Translations under genes and position numbers: made by a program
IMG/VR virus record: IMGVR_UViG_3300018073_000005
Span: 1 to 31,851 of that record
Length of the DNA stretch: 31,851 nucleotides
From: a virus
Reading direction: 5' to 3' (one strand)
In this document: positions 23,857 through 31,576 of the stretch, one piece after another
Layout of the letters: each line of letters begins with the position of its first letter
Position numbering within the stretch: the stretch's first letter is position 1
Notes under the pieces: generated by a model
Databases searched by the model: none
What the model was told of the DNA's origin: nothing
What the model saw: only the letters and a program-made list of their open reading frames with translations

Positions 23857-24506
23857 GCTGCTCGCTCCTTTTCGGTGACGACGGTGAACGTGCCCCAGCC
23901 CATGCCCACAGAGTTCTTCGAGAATGGACGCCCTTCTCCCACACCCACCTGGCGTCCCGCGCGATCGAGCAGGTTGACGACCGACTCGAGCGTGATCATG
24001 TCCGCGTCGAATTCGACGGTGATGTTCGCCGCCCAGTCGCGCCAGAGCGGACGGATCCGGATGTCCGCGCTGCCGTTGTCGTTCCGCACGAGCATCTCCG
24101 TGCGCTCGGGCGGCGTCGGCGACTCGAGCTTGACGAGCGGCGTGCCGTCGGCCTTGTCGAATCCGTCGGCCACGACGAAGACGGCCATCTTGGCCTTCGT
24201 CATCACGAGATTCACCGTGCGGCAGGCGTCGATCATCGCCTTCCGAAACGCCGAGCACGGGATCCCGTTCCACCCCGCCACCGACACGTGCTGCGCCTGC
24301 TTGAAGTCCTCGTCGAAGTTCCGCGGCGGCCGCGCCGTCTTCGCTTTGCGCTCGGCCTTCGACGTCGACATGGCGGCCATCATCTGTTCCTTCGCCTTCT
24401 GCGAAAACGCGCACTGCACGAACGGGGATCGACCGACGATACGGAGCGTGACGGTGACGATGTTCGCCGGCTGAATGATCGCGACGCCTTCATCCTTCGG
24501 TGCCAT
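23853..24506 (-). CDS. Hypothetical protein (217 aa)
   Basis: ATG at 24506. Natural-looking sequence downstream of the nuclease gene. No motif assigned. Confidence 0.6.
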   Translation of the reverse strand: MAPKDEGVAIIQPANIVTVTLRIVGRSPFVQCAFSQKAKEQMMAAMSTSKAERKAKTARPPRNFDEDFKQAQHVSVAGWNGIPCSAFRKAMIDACRTVNLVMTKAKMAVFVVADGFDKADGTPLVKLESPTPPERTEMLVRNDNGSADIRIRPLWRDWAANITVEFDADMITLESVVNLLDRAGRQVGVGEGRPFSKNSVGMGWGTFTVVTEKERAA

Positions 24507-24588
24507 GGGATACCTGCCCTTCTATCGGGTCCACTGTTAGAGGGGTCGTGGACGATTCACCCCTTGCCGCCGTAAGCGGCCCGTCAGT

Positions 24589-25239
24589 TCATGTGACCTC
24601 GACGCGCCGCGCTCGCACGATGCGTTGGGCCTCCGCGAGCGCGAGAAATTTTCTAAAGTCGCCGGGGTCGTCGTAGCGGTGCAGCCCGAAGCTGCCATCC
24701 CGGTTCAGCGACACGGCGTACCGCCGGATGAGCGCGTGCCGTTGGAAGAAGGCGACCAGGCGGGGATCGGCGTCGGCGTCGATCGACATGTCGAGCGCGA
24801 AGCTGAGATACGCCGCGGTCTGCAAATCTTTGGCGGCGTCCTGGGGGCGGCCCGTGGCGTAATCAATCAACACGGCTTGGCCGTCGAGCTCGCCGAGGCA
24901 GTCGATCGTGCCCGCGATCTGGTGGCGCCGCGAGGCGATGCGGCACTCGTTCAAGATCGGCGTGAAGTTGCGCTGCCGACAGAACGAGAGCCAGCCTTCG
25001 AGGTAGCCGACGTAATCCGGGAAGTCGTGCTCGAACAGCTCGAGGTCGAGGTCGCCGTCGTTGAAGTACGCGATGGCCTGGTGCACCGTCGTGCCGCGGA
25101 CGCGTGCCGCCTCGAGGATCGACTCTGGGATCCCCGTGAAGTCGATCAGGCCGCTCGCCTTGAGGATGCCGGTGACCGAGGGCACGATGACGCCGTCGAG
25201 CGTGTAGGTGTGCGTCGCGTCGTCGAAGGTCAGGCTCAT
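24589..25239 (-). CDS. PD-(D/E)XK (RecB/Cas4-like) exonuclease (216 aa)
   Basis: It has the N-terminal HTYTLDG..VPSVTGIL motif and the core GTIDCLGELDGQAVLIDYATG (D...D-Y-x-T). It lies in a recombination module with RecT. Confidence 0.75.
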   Translation of the reverse strand: MSLTFDDATHTYTLDGVIVPSVTGILKASGLIDFTGIPESILEAARVRGTTVHQAIAYFNDGDLDLELFEHDFPDYVGYLEGWLSFCRQRNFTPILNECRIASRRHQIAGTIDCLGELDGQAVLIDYATGRPQDAAKDLQTAAYLSFALDMSIDADADPRLVAFFQRHALIRRYAVSLNRDGSFGLHRYDDPGDFRKFLALAEAQRIVRARRVEVT

Positions 25240-25466
25240 GGCTTCCCCAGGTCAGTCGGGATGTCGATCGCCGCGGTCCCGTACAGGTGATCCGCCACGA
25301 CATGAAACGTCAGCTTCCGCGCCCAGGGCGCGTCCCCGGTCAGCAAGCTGTGCTGAATCAGTTTGCTGATGACGTCGTTGGCGATCCGCCGGCAGCGGTC
25401 CCCGCGCTCCCCCGCTCGGGCGTGGTCGTGGGCCTCGGCGGCGCGCAGCTCCTCGTCGCGCGTCAT
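25236..25466 (-). CDS. Hypothetical protein (76 aa)
   Basis: ATG at 25466, with ATGA overlaps at both ends. Confidence 0.45.
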   Translation of the reverse strand: MTRDEELRAAEAHDHARAGERGDRCRRIANDVISKLIQHSLLTGDAPWARKLTFHVVADHLYGTAAIDIPTDLGKP

Positions 25467-25654
25467 GCCGGGTCCTTGATCTGCTCGGGGTGCCGCTCGA
25501 CCAGGTGGCGCATCAGCAACTCGCGCAGGAGGGCGCTGATCTCGAGCGCGTTGCCGCCGGTCTGGGTCGCGCCCCAGGCGCAGAAGACGCACGTGACGGA
25601 GGCCTGGATCGCCGTCGGGCGGGGCCGCGCGAACCGCAGGACCACGGGGCTCAT
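25463..25654 (-). CDS. Hypothetical protein (63 aa)
   Basis: ATG at 25654, 4 nt after the RecT stop. Confidence 0.4.
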   Translation of the reverse strand: MSPVVLRFARPRPTAIQASVTCVFCAWGATQTGGNALEISALLRELLMRHLVERHPEQIKDPA

Positions 25655-25657
25655 GGC

Positions 25658-26542
25658 TCAGAACGGGATGTCGCCAGCGGTCGGCATCGGCGAGCCCGCG
25701 CCGTCGACCACCCTGAACTTCAGGAGGTTGTGATAGGTCTTGCCCTTGAAGTCGCGGTCCTCGAATGTGATCTCGATCCGGTGATCCGTGCCCTTGAACT
25801 TCTCCAGTTCCAGGGCGATGGCCGCGTCCTTGGTCGTGTACTCCCAGCTGTCAGTCACGAGGGTAATCGCGTAGTTGTCCTTGTTCGTGCCGAAGACACG
25901 GACGTCCTTCACGGCGGCGGGCGTGGTCACAAAGTGCGTGCTCGCGGCCGGCGCCGACGGCGGGGGCGGCATCGGCTTCTTCTCGGAGGCCCGCTTGACC
26001 GTCTTCGGCTGGCCGTCGCCGTCGAGGTTCTGCATCTCGTCGACGATATGCAGGCCTTCGAGTTCCAGCGGGAACCCCTTCCGCAGCGCCTGCGCCTCGG
26101 CACACTTCGCGAGCTGGTTGTGCGGCATCCGCTGCCACATGAAGTTGTTCGGCGGCGGCGGCGCGAACTCCGCGAACCGGGCGGTGGCCGTGAAGGCGCA
26201 CTTCTCCAGCTGCACCTGGCGGTAGACGGTGACGGTGGCGGCGAAGTCGAGGTCACCCGGCTGGCCCGTGTAGACCGCATCGTCGGTGCCCATGTGCTCG
26301 CGCGTCGCGCCCGCCCGGGAGCGGAAGAAGTCGATTGACGTGACCGGGGTGTACTTGCCCTGGCGCTTGGTGAAGTGAATGAGCTTGTCGAGCGGATGGA
26401 CGCCGCGGCGCCGGCAGTCATAGAAGAACAGCTCCAGCTCGGCGTCCGTCGCATCGGGCGCGACCGTGGCCTTGATGAGCGCGACTTGGTCCGAGGTGAT
26501 CACCACGGGAGCACGGTCGACGACCGCGAGGTCGGTAGACAT
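25658..26542 (-). CDS. recT: RecT/Bet-family single-strand annealing recombinase with an extra C-terminal domain ending in GDIPF (294 aa)
   Basis: ATG at 26542 with AGGAGG upstream. Motifs include LELFFYDCRRRGVHPL and QLAKCAEAQALRKGFP. The C-terminal ~95 aa are beta-rich and the last residues are D-I-P-F. Confidence 0.85.
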   Translation of the reverse strand: MSTDLAVVDRAPVVITSDQVALIKATVAPDATDAELELFFYDCRRRGVHPLDKLIHFTKRQGKYTPVTSIDFFRSRAGATREHMGTDDAVYTGQPGDLDFAATVTVYRQVQLEKCAFTATARFAEFAPPPPNNFMWQRMPHNQLAKCAEAQALRKGFPLELEGLHIVDEMQNLDGDGQPKTVKRASEKKPMPPPPSAPAASTHFVTTPAAVKDVRVFGTNKDNYAITLVTDSWEYTTKDAAIALELEKFKGTDHRIEITFEDRDFKGKTYHNLLKFRVVDGAGSPMPTAGDIPF

Positions 26543-26554
26543 CAGCGCCTCCTG

Positions 26555-26926
26555 TTACGAATTGGGTTTGAGGGTCCAGCGCGTGCGATGCGTCGTACGG
26601 GTGCGGCCGCCGGCGTCGACGAACGTGTGCGCCTCGTCCCCAGCTTCGACCACGTCTGGGCCGAGAGCCGCGCGGACTGAGTTCACGGAGCAGAGCTGCC
26701 AGGCCAGCGCGGCGGCCGCGGCCTGGTCGGTCAGCGGCCCCTGCTGCGCGAGCAGTTGCAGGTAGCGCCGCTGCCGGATCGAGAAGGTCGGGCCGACCGC
26801 CAGGGCGCCTGACTGCGAGGCCCGCCGGGCGGTCGGGGTCCGGCCACTGACCGGCACGCCGGTCGGCGACGTCGTCCGCACATCCGCCACCGGCGGCGCG
26901 AAGTCGAAGAGGAAGCCGTCGCTCAT
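26555..26926 (-). CDS. Hypothetical protein (123 aa)
   Basis: ATGA overlap with the upstream gene. Possible winged-helix region (RRYLQLLAQQGPLTDQAAA). Confidence 0.5.
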   Translation of the reverse strand: MSDGFLFDFAPPVADVRTTSPTGVPVSGRTPTARRASQSGALAVGPTFSIRQRRYLQLLAQQGPLTDQAAAAALAWQLCSVNSVRAALGPDVVEAGDEAHTFVDAGGRTRTTHRTRWTLKPNS

Positions 26927-27156
26927 GGCTTCCCTTTCCGGCCGACGAGGCGCAGCCGCTCGGCGACGGGTTGCCCCGACTGAATGCGCGCGGCTTGGCG
27001 CAGCTTCTCCTCGGCCGCCAGGCGCCGACGCTCGGCCGCGGCGAGGATCGATTCGTATTCGGGGGTGGTGACCTTGCCGTGCATCGGGCGCGGCGGCGTG
27101 ATCAGGTCGTCGATCAGCGGGTCGCGCCGGAACCAGCGGCGAAGGAACCGCGTCAC
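26923..27156 (-). CDS. Hypothetical protein (77 aa)
   Basis: GTG at 27156 forms a GTGA overlap with the Xis-like stop. The longer listed ORF would overlap the upstream gene by 79 nt. Confidence 0.45.
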   Translation of the reverse strand: MTRFLRRWFRRDPLIDDLITPPRPMHGKVTTPEYESILAAAERRRLAAEEKLRQAARIQSGQPVAERLRLVGRKGKP

Positions 27157-27416
27157 TTCACGCCTCGCAACGCTCTGCGGCCGGCTTTGAAGTAGCGTGA
27201 CTCGACGGCATCGTCCTCGCCATCCAGCCACGCCTGCACCTTCTTGCCACTGAAGCGCGGACGATTTCCCATGCGCGGGAGCAGCTCGAACCGGGCGAAC
27301 TCACCCTGCTTGTAGAGGTCATACGTGCGAGAGGTGCCCCACCCGAAGATGTCGCCCATATCGCGCAGCACGAGCACCGCCGGTAGCGTGTCGCCGGCCA
27401 GAAACCGGGCACTCAC
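27153..27416 (-). CDS. Excisionase/AlpA-like HTH DNA-binding protein (87 aa)
   Basis: GTG at 27416 forms a GTGA overlap with the Cro-like stop. The pattern LRDMGDIFGWGTSRTYDLYKQGEF...RFSGKKVQAWL fits the excisionase-type HTH. Confidence 0.55.
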   Translation of the reverse strand: MSARFLAGDTLPAVLVLRDMGDIFGWGTSRTYDLYKQGEFARFELLPRMGNRPRFSGKKVQAWLDGEDDAVESRYFKAGRRALRGVK

Positions 27417-27736
27417 GCCCGCCCCGCGTTCATCGACTCGGCCATCCGGCGTCGTTCCTCGCGCGCCGCCGCCCGCGTGACCTGGAGCTGCGTAGGCTTC
27501 ATCTCCGGCCAAGCGATGTCGTGGGGGGCGACCTCGAGAACGCGCGCGATGGCCAGCCGCTCCTCCTTGCGAAGCGGGGCTCCTTCGCCATGCTCGATTT
27601 GCCAATACCGGGTCTGGGTCGTGTTCGCCCTGGCGGCGATAACGGTCTGGGTGATTTCACGTTCGGCGCGCAGGACGCGCAGCGTCCGGGGGCGGGGTCG
27701 GCTGGACGGTCGAGCTTGCTGGATGAGCTTCGCCAT
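27413..27736 (-). CDS. XRE-family HTH regulator, Cro-like, first gene of the leftward early operon (107 aa)
   Basis: HTH is LRAEREITQTVIAARANTTQTRYWQIEHG. The gene is divergent from the CI-like gene across an AT-rich gap. Confidence 0.72.
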   Translation of the reverse strand: MAKLIQQARPSSRPRPRTLRVLRAEREITQTVIAARANTTQTRYWQIEHGEGAPLRKEERLAIARVLEVAPHDIAWPEMKPTQLQVTRAAAREERRRMAESMNAGRA

Positions 27737-27792
27737 AACGCGCCGATTGTTATTCCACCATTAGGGGTTTGACAATATAATAAAAAATCCAA
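27737..27792. promoter_or_regulatory. AT-rich divergent promoter/operator region of the lysis-lysogeny switch
   Basis: A 56-bp gap between divergent HTH genes. It contains TATAAT at 27776-27781 (11 nt before the plus-strand ATG), TTGACA at 27769-27774, and ATTGT/ACAAT arms at 27746 and 27772. Confidence 0.5.
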
Positions 27793-28230
27793 ATGGAAAG
27801 ACGGCGGCTGAGGCGGATACTAAGCCGCTACGATCGCAGGCAGATGGACACGCCTGTAACACACCCCCTCGATGCCGCCCTGCGCAAGCACCTGCGGGCG
27901 CTCAAGCCCAATCAGAAAGAGCTTGCGAAACGGATCGGCCGCAGTCAGGGCTGGATGAACAAGTACCTGAATGGCGTCGGGAAGGCCACGCTCGACGACA
28001 TCATCCGACTGGTCGCCATCCTCGTGCTGCGCGTCGAGAGCCCCCCCTTGACGGTCGAGCAGCGGCGGTTGCTGCGTGACTGGGAGACGTTGTCGCCGAG
28101 CGCCCGGAAGCATGTGAAGGCTTTGGTCGCGGCCTGGAGCGGGCGTCGTCCCGAGCCGCGCTCAAAACCACCCGCGCGATCGGAACAAAAAAATCACGGG
28201 ACAGCCGGCAAAGCGCCCGGCACACGCTGA
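27793..28230 (+). CDS. HTH regulator, CI-like repressor candidate (145 aa; alternative ATG at 27844)
   Basis: The HTH is QKELAKRIGRSQGWMNKYLNG. It is on the same strand as the integrase and directly upstream of it. Confidence 0.62.
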   Translation: MERRRLRRILSRYDRRQMDTPVTHPLDAALRKHLRALKPNQKELAKRIGRSQGWMNKYLNGVGKATLDDIIRLVAILVLRVESPPLTVEQRRLLRDWETLSPSARKHVKALVAAWSGRRPEPRSKPPARSEQKNHGTAGKAPGTR

Positions 28231-28365
28231 GACGACTGGGCACGGTGGGCATGAAGCCTCCTGAGCGGTCGCAAGTAAAGAAGCTATTGTGCCTATTCCA
28301 AAAACACCGCAATTAGAAATTCTGCGCAAATCCATTTCTCTGTGCAACCTGAACGGTAAGCAACC

Positions 28366-29592
28366 ATGAAGAAGATGAGCACGCCGCGCGGCCGCCGCCA
28401 GCGCGTCGCCCACGGCATTTATCAAGACGCGCACGGCTTCAGCGTGATGGCCTCCGTCGGGAGCGGGACTAGGCGCATCAGCAGCCCGGAGATCCGCTTT
28501 CCGCCGGAGACGCCGTTGCCGACGATGGTGGCGCGGTGGCACCGCGAGAAGATGCGCCTCACGGACGAGATCACCAAAGCAGGCGACGGCCCGGTGTCAC
28601 GCGGCACGCTCGCCGCGGACGTCCGCACCTATCTCGAGACGGCGACGCTGACGCGGCAGCGCAAGACCGAACGCGCGGATCAGTTGAAGTGGTGGTGTGA
28701 ATCCTTCGGGACGAGGCGGCGAGCCGAACTCCAGGCACCGGACATCCGACGCGCGTTGAACGGGTTGAGCCACCGAGGCCGCGATGGGAAGACGCCGATG
28801 GCGGCGTCGACAGTGAACAAGTACCGCTTTGCGCTGTCGCACGTCTATACCGTCCTCGACGGGAAACATGCGGCGAATCCACTGTACGACGTGCCGAAGT
28901 ACACCGAGCCCGATCCAGAGGCCCGTGACGTCTCGTACGAGATCATCGAGCGGATCATCGACGAGGTCCGCGACCGCGGCGCGACCCTCGAGTCGGTATC
29001 GCTCACGAAGGCGCGGATTCGCGTCTTCGCCTACGCGCCGGTGACGCCGGCGCAGTTGCGCCTGATGAAGCGATCCGATGTTGACTGGCACGGGACGCCC
29101 CCGACCATGATCACACCCGGGCGCAAGAAGGGCCGCGGCACCAAGCCCCAACAGAAGCGGCTCACGACGCTCGGTCTGGCGGCCTTCCTGGCCTTCGACG
29201 CCGCCGACGGCTGGGAGAAACCGTTTGCGCGATCGTCGTTGCACCGCACCTTCACGGCCGCCCGCGATCGCGCCGTGGCGGCCCTCCGCCAGGAGCGGCC
29301 CGATCTCGATCTCGAGCGCGCTGAGACGATGCGCCCCTATGACCTTCGGCACAGTTTCGCGACGGTGGCGTCACGCGCGATCGGCGACGAGGCCATCATC
29401 GCCGTGTACCTCGATCATGGAGACCAACGCACCACGAAGCGGTATACGCGAGGCTCCATCCCGCACCACCTGCGAGTTGCCGGCGACGCGCTGGAGGCCG
29501 CCTTCGCGGCGCCCCATCCCAAGCCGGCCGAGCTGCCGAAGTCGGCCGCGCCCAGGTTGCGGAAGAGAAGCGGGGATGGGTCCAATGGCTAA
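28366..29592 (+). CDS. int: Tyrosine integrase (408 aa)
   Basis: The C-terminal catalytic region is RPYDLRHSFAT...YLDHGDQRTTKRYTRG (an R, H-x-x-R, Y pattern). It is adjacent to a tRNA-derived attP. Confidence 0.9.
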   Translation: MKKMSTPRGRRQRVAHGIYQDAHGFSVMASVGSGTRRISSPEIRFPPETPLPTMVARWHREKMRLTDEITKAGDGPVSRGTLAADVRTYLETATLTRQRKTERADQLKWWCESFGTRRRAELQAPDIRRALNGLSHRGRDGKTPMAASTVNKYRFALSHVYTVLDGKHAANPLYDVPKYTEPDPEARDVSYEIIERIIDEVRDRGATLESVSLTKARIRVFAYAPVTPAQLRLMKRSDVDWHGTPPTMITPGRKKGRGTKPQQKRLTTLGLAAFLAFDAADGWEKPFARSSLHRTFTAARDRAVAALRQERPDLDLERAETMRPYDLRHSFATVASRAIGDEAIIAVYLDHGDQRTTKRYTRGSIPHHLRVAGDALEAAFAAPHPKPAELPKSAAPRLRKRSGDGSNG

Positions 29593-29944
29593 ACCGATCA
29601 CGTTCGTCAAGCGGAGCAAGGACACGAACGCGCCAGCCGGGCCGCAGGTGCACCGCTACCCAGAGCTTGCGCAATTATTCGCGACCGCCTTTGTTTCCTA
29701 TCTCATGGACGTTCGCTTTCAGACGGCGCTGAAACGCTACGGCCAGACGCCCGCGAACACGTACTGGCTGGACCTCGCCGACCGCGTCTGTGCCGATTAC
29801 AGCGCCAGCCCATGGCCGGGCGACTTCCAACCACGACTTCCAACCACTCCCGTGGCAAGGAGTGGAAATGGCAGGAAAAAGGCGGAGTTTTCAAAACAGC
29901 GATCGGCGGGAAAACAGGGCAAACGACGGCCCAAAAAGCCCTAA
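29585..29944 (+). CDS. Hypothetical protein with a basic C-terminal tail (119 aa; alternative ATG at 29576)
   Basis: It overlaps the int stop. The left pair of arm-type repeats lies inside it (encoding GDFQPRLPTTP). Confidence 0.45.
   Translation: MAKPITFVKRSKDTNAPAGPQVHRYPELAQLFATAFVSYLMDVRFQTALKRYGQTPANTYWLDLADRVCADYSASPWPGDFQPRLPTTPVARSGNGRKKAEFSKQRSAGKQGKRRPKKP
29821..29846 (+). repeat. Tandem 13-bp direct repeat CGACTTCCAACCA x2 (candidate integrase arm-type sites, P arm)
   Basis: An exact duplication at 29821-29833 and 29834-29846. Both copies share GACTTCCAWCCA with the pair at 30061-30086. Confidence 0.6.
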
Positions 29945-29970
29945 ATCAAACGAATTGCTTAATGTTTTTG

Positions 29971-30020
29971 TGGTGCGCCCGGGCAGATTTGAACTGCCGG
30001 CCCCCCGCTTAGGAGGCGGG
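29971..30020 (-). other. attP core candidate: 3' portion (anticodon arm to CCA) of a tRNA-Arg(CCU)
   Basis: The minus strand reads CCCGC CTCCTAA GCGGG GGGCC GGCAG TTCAAAT CTGCC CGGGCGC A CCA. That is an anticodon stem-loop with U33 and anticodon CCT, a T arm, a 3' acceptor strand and CCA. There is no matching 5' acceptor strand or D arm upstream. Confidence 0.75.
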
Positions 30021-30060
30021 TTTCCCATTCTGTAACACGGCCTCTGTCAGTAGTTTGCGC

Positions 30061-30086
30061 AGACTTCCATCCAAGACTTCCATCCG
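30061..30086 (+). repeat. Tandem 13-bp direct repeat AGACTTCCATCCA/AGACTTCCATCCG (candidate arm-type sites, P' arm)
   Basis: A 12/12 identical core is repeated with a 13-bp period, in the same orientation as the 29821 pair, about 40 bp from the tRNA fragment. Confidence 0.6.
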
Positions 30087-30153
30087 ACACGTGGTTTCGG
30101 TAGCCCCTCTCGCGTAAACTGCACGCCCGTATGACACTTCCGGAGATCAAACC

Positions 30154-30492
30154 ATGATCTTTCGCCTGCGATTCCAGCAGAAGGGCGGTCACATCCACGG
30201 CCGGCTGTTTCAGGCCACGGCGCCCGGCCACACGTGGCAGAAGAACGGCGACCTGGTGTTCGACGAGGCCGGCTGGGGGGCGTTCTCGGCGTTGGCGGCG
30301 CTGGGACCGTTGCACATCGAGCTGCTGCCGGAGGGCGACACGACGCTCGAGCGGGAGCGGTGGATCGCTCAATCCATTCCCGACTGCGAGTGCCGGAATT
30401 CTCGCTGCGGCCACAAGGCTTCGGTGCACGTCGGTCCGGCCGGCGCCTGCATCGTGGATGGCTGTACCTGCGGCCCAGGAGGCTGGACATGA
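30154..30492 (+). CDS. Hypothetical protein with a C-terminal Cys/His cluster (112 aa)
   Basis: GGAG lies 8 nt upstream of the ATG. The C-terminus is CECRNSRCGHKASVHVGPAGACIVDGCTC. Confidence 0.55.
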   Translation: MIFRLRFQQKGGHIHGRLFQATAPGHTWQKNGDLVFDEAGWGAFSALAALGPLHIELLPEGDTTLERERWIAQSIPDCECRNSRCGHKASVHVGPAGACIVDGCTCGPGGWT

Positions 30493-30662
30493 CCGACGAC
30501 GAGTCCGTGTTTGATCGCGCCCATCGCCTCGAGCACGAACGCGCCCAGGCGCAGCGGCGGCCGGACCCCGACGATCTGGCGTCCCGTCTCGCGCGCATCG
30601 AAACCCTGCTCGTCACCCTGTTGCACGAACTGCGGGCGCTCGCGTCAGCACCCCGCGACTGA
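30489..30662 (+). CDS. Small helical protein (57 aa), hypothetical
   Basis: ATGA overlap with the upstream gene. Sequence is MTDDESVFDRAHRLEHERAQAQRR... Confidence 0.5.
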   Translation: MTDDESVFDRAHRLEHERAQAQRRPDPDDLASRLARIETLLVTLLHELRALASAPRD

Positions 30663-30811
30663 GCCCCACCGCCTCCTGCGCCCGTTCTGGCGGTCCTGGC
30701 CGGCCTCCTGCATCGCCGCCTCATCTGAGGGCGCGAAACCGGATGTGGCCACTACATCTTGTGCGAGTTGCGTTCCCCGAGCAGACCGCCGTACAACTGC
30801 AGGCAGAAACC

Positions 30812-31567
30812 ATGAGTGGCCAGCGACGCCGCTATCGATTTGTCGTCGATGAGTCGTTCACGCCGGACACGTTGCCGATGTGGCGCCTCGCTGAATACAT
30901 GTCCGACCTAGCGGATCTGCTCGGTGAAAAGCCGTACGTACATTTCGTCGAGATCGAACCGGGCAGCGCGGTGCTCGTACAGGATGTGGAGCATGAAGCC
31001 TATCCAAAAGTCCGCACGCGCGTCCACGACGTGAAGCGCGGGGAAGGCGCAGCTGATGCGCGCCGAGCCTATGAGGCGCTGAACCGTAGGCTCGCGACGG
31101 ACAATGCGTCGGGCGTGCTCCTTGAAGAGTTGGAGTCGTCCACGCCCCCCGCGCGCGTGTTGGACTTTCCCGGCCGCCGGACGTTCGTGGAATCCGAGTA
31201 TGGACCGTTCACCCAGGCCGGGACACTACAAGGGACCGTGATTGTGGTCGGCGGCGAAAGCGATCCGGTGCCCGTGCACCTCGAAGATGGGCCGCACATC
31301 TATGTGTGCCGCGCCAAGCGCCAGATCGCCCAGGCGCTGGCCGCGCAGATCTTCGCGCTCCCGGTGCGCGTCGAAGGCCAGGGCCGGTGGTTTCGGGATG
31401 CCCTCGGCACCTGGGTGATGAAATCGTTCCACATTGCCTCATTCGTCGTGTTGGACGATACGACGTTAAGCCAGGTGATTGCGACGTTGAGACACGTGCC
31501 CGCCGCGTGGACGGATCGGCCGAATGCGCTGACCACGCTGAAGGCGCTTCGGAACGGTGACGACTAG
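30812..31567 (+). CDS. Hypothetical protein (251 aa), upstream partner of the PIN-like ORF
   Basis: ATG at 30812 (MSGQRRRYRFVVDESF...). The earlier listed start adds 23 poorly coding residues. No motif recognised. Confidence 0.6.
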   Translation: MSGQRRRYRFVVDESFTPDTLPMWRLAEYMSDLADLLGEKPYVHFVEIEPGSAVLVQDVEHEAYPKVRTRVHDVKRGEGAADARRAYEALNRRLATDNASGVLLEELESSTPPARVLDFPGRRTFVESEYGPFTQAGTLQGTVIVVGGESDPVPVHLEDGPHIYVCRAKRQIAQALAAQIFALPVRVEGQGRWFRDALGTWVMKSFHIASFVVLDDTTLSQVIATLRHVPAAWTDRPNALTTLKALRNGDD

Positions 31568-31576
31568 GCGCGCATC

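Noticed and set aside
24507-24588. Hairpins (GCCGC-TTACG-GCGGC and GGGGT...ACCCC) as an intrinsic terminator after the nuclease gene.
   Set aside because: The stems are short and no T-run follows on the transcribed strand. This is insufficient for a terminator call.
27769-27781. TTGACA plus TATAAT as one canonical sigma-70 promoter.
   Set aside because: The two hexamers are separated by 1 nt instead of about 17. They may belong to different promoters, or one may be fortuitous.
29971-30046. A complete tRNA gene on the minus strand.
   Set aside because: The sequence upstream of the anticodon stem (CAGAGGCCGTGTTACAGAATGGGAAA) cannot pair with the 3' acceptor strand CGGGCGC and lacks a D-arm. 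Only the 3' ~50 nt are tRNA-like.
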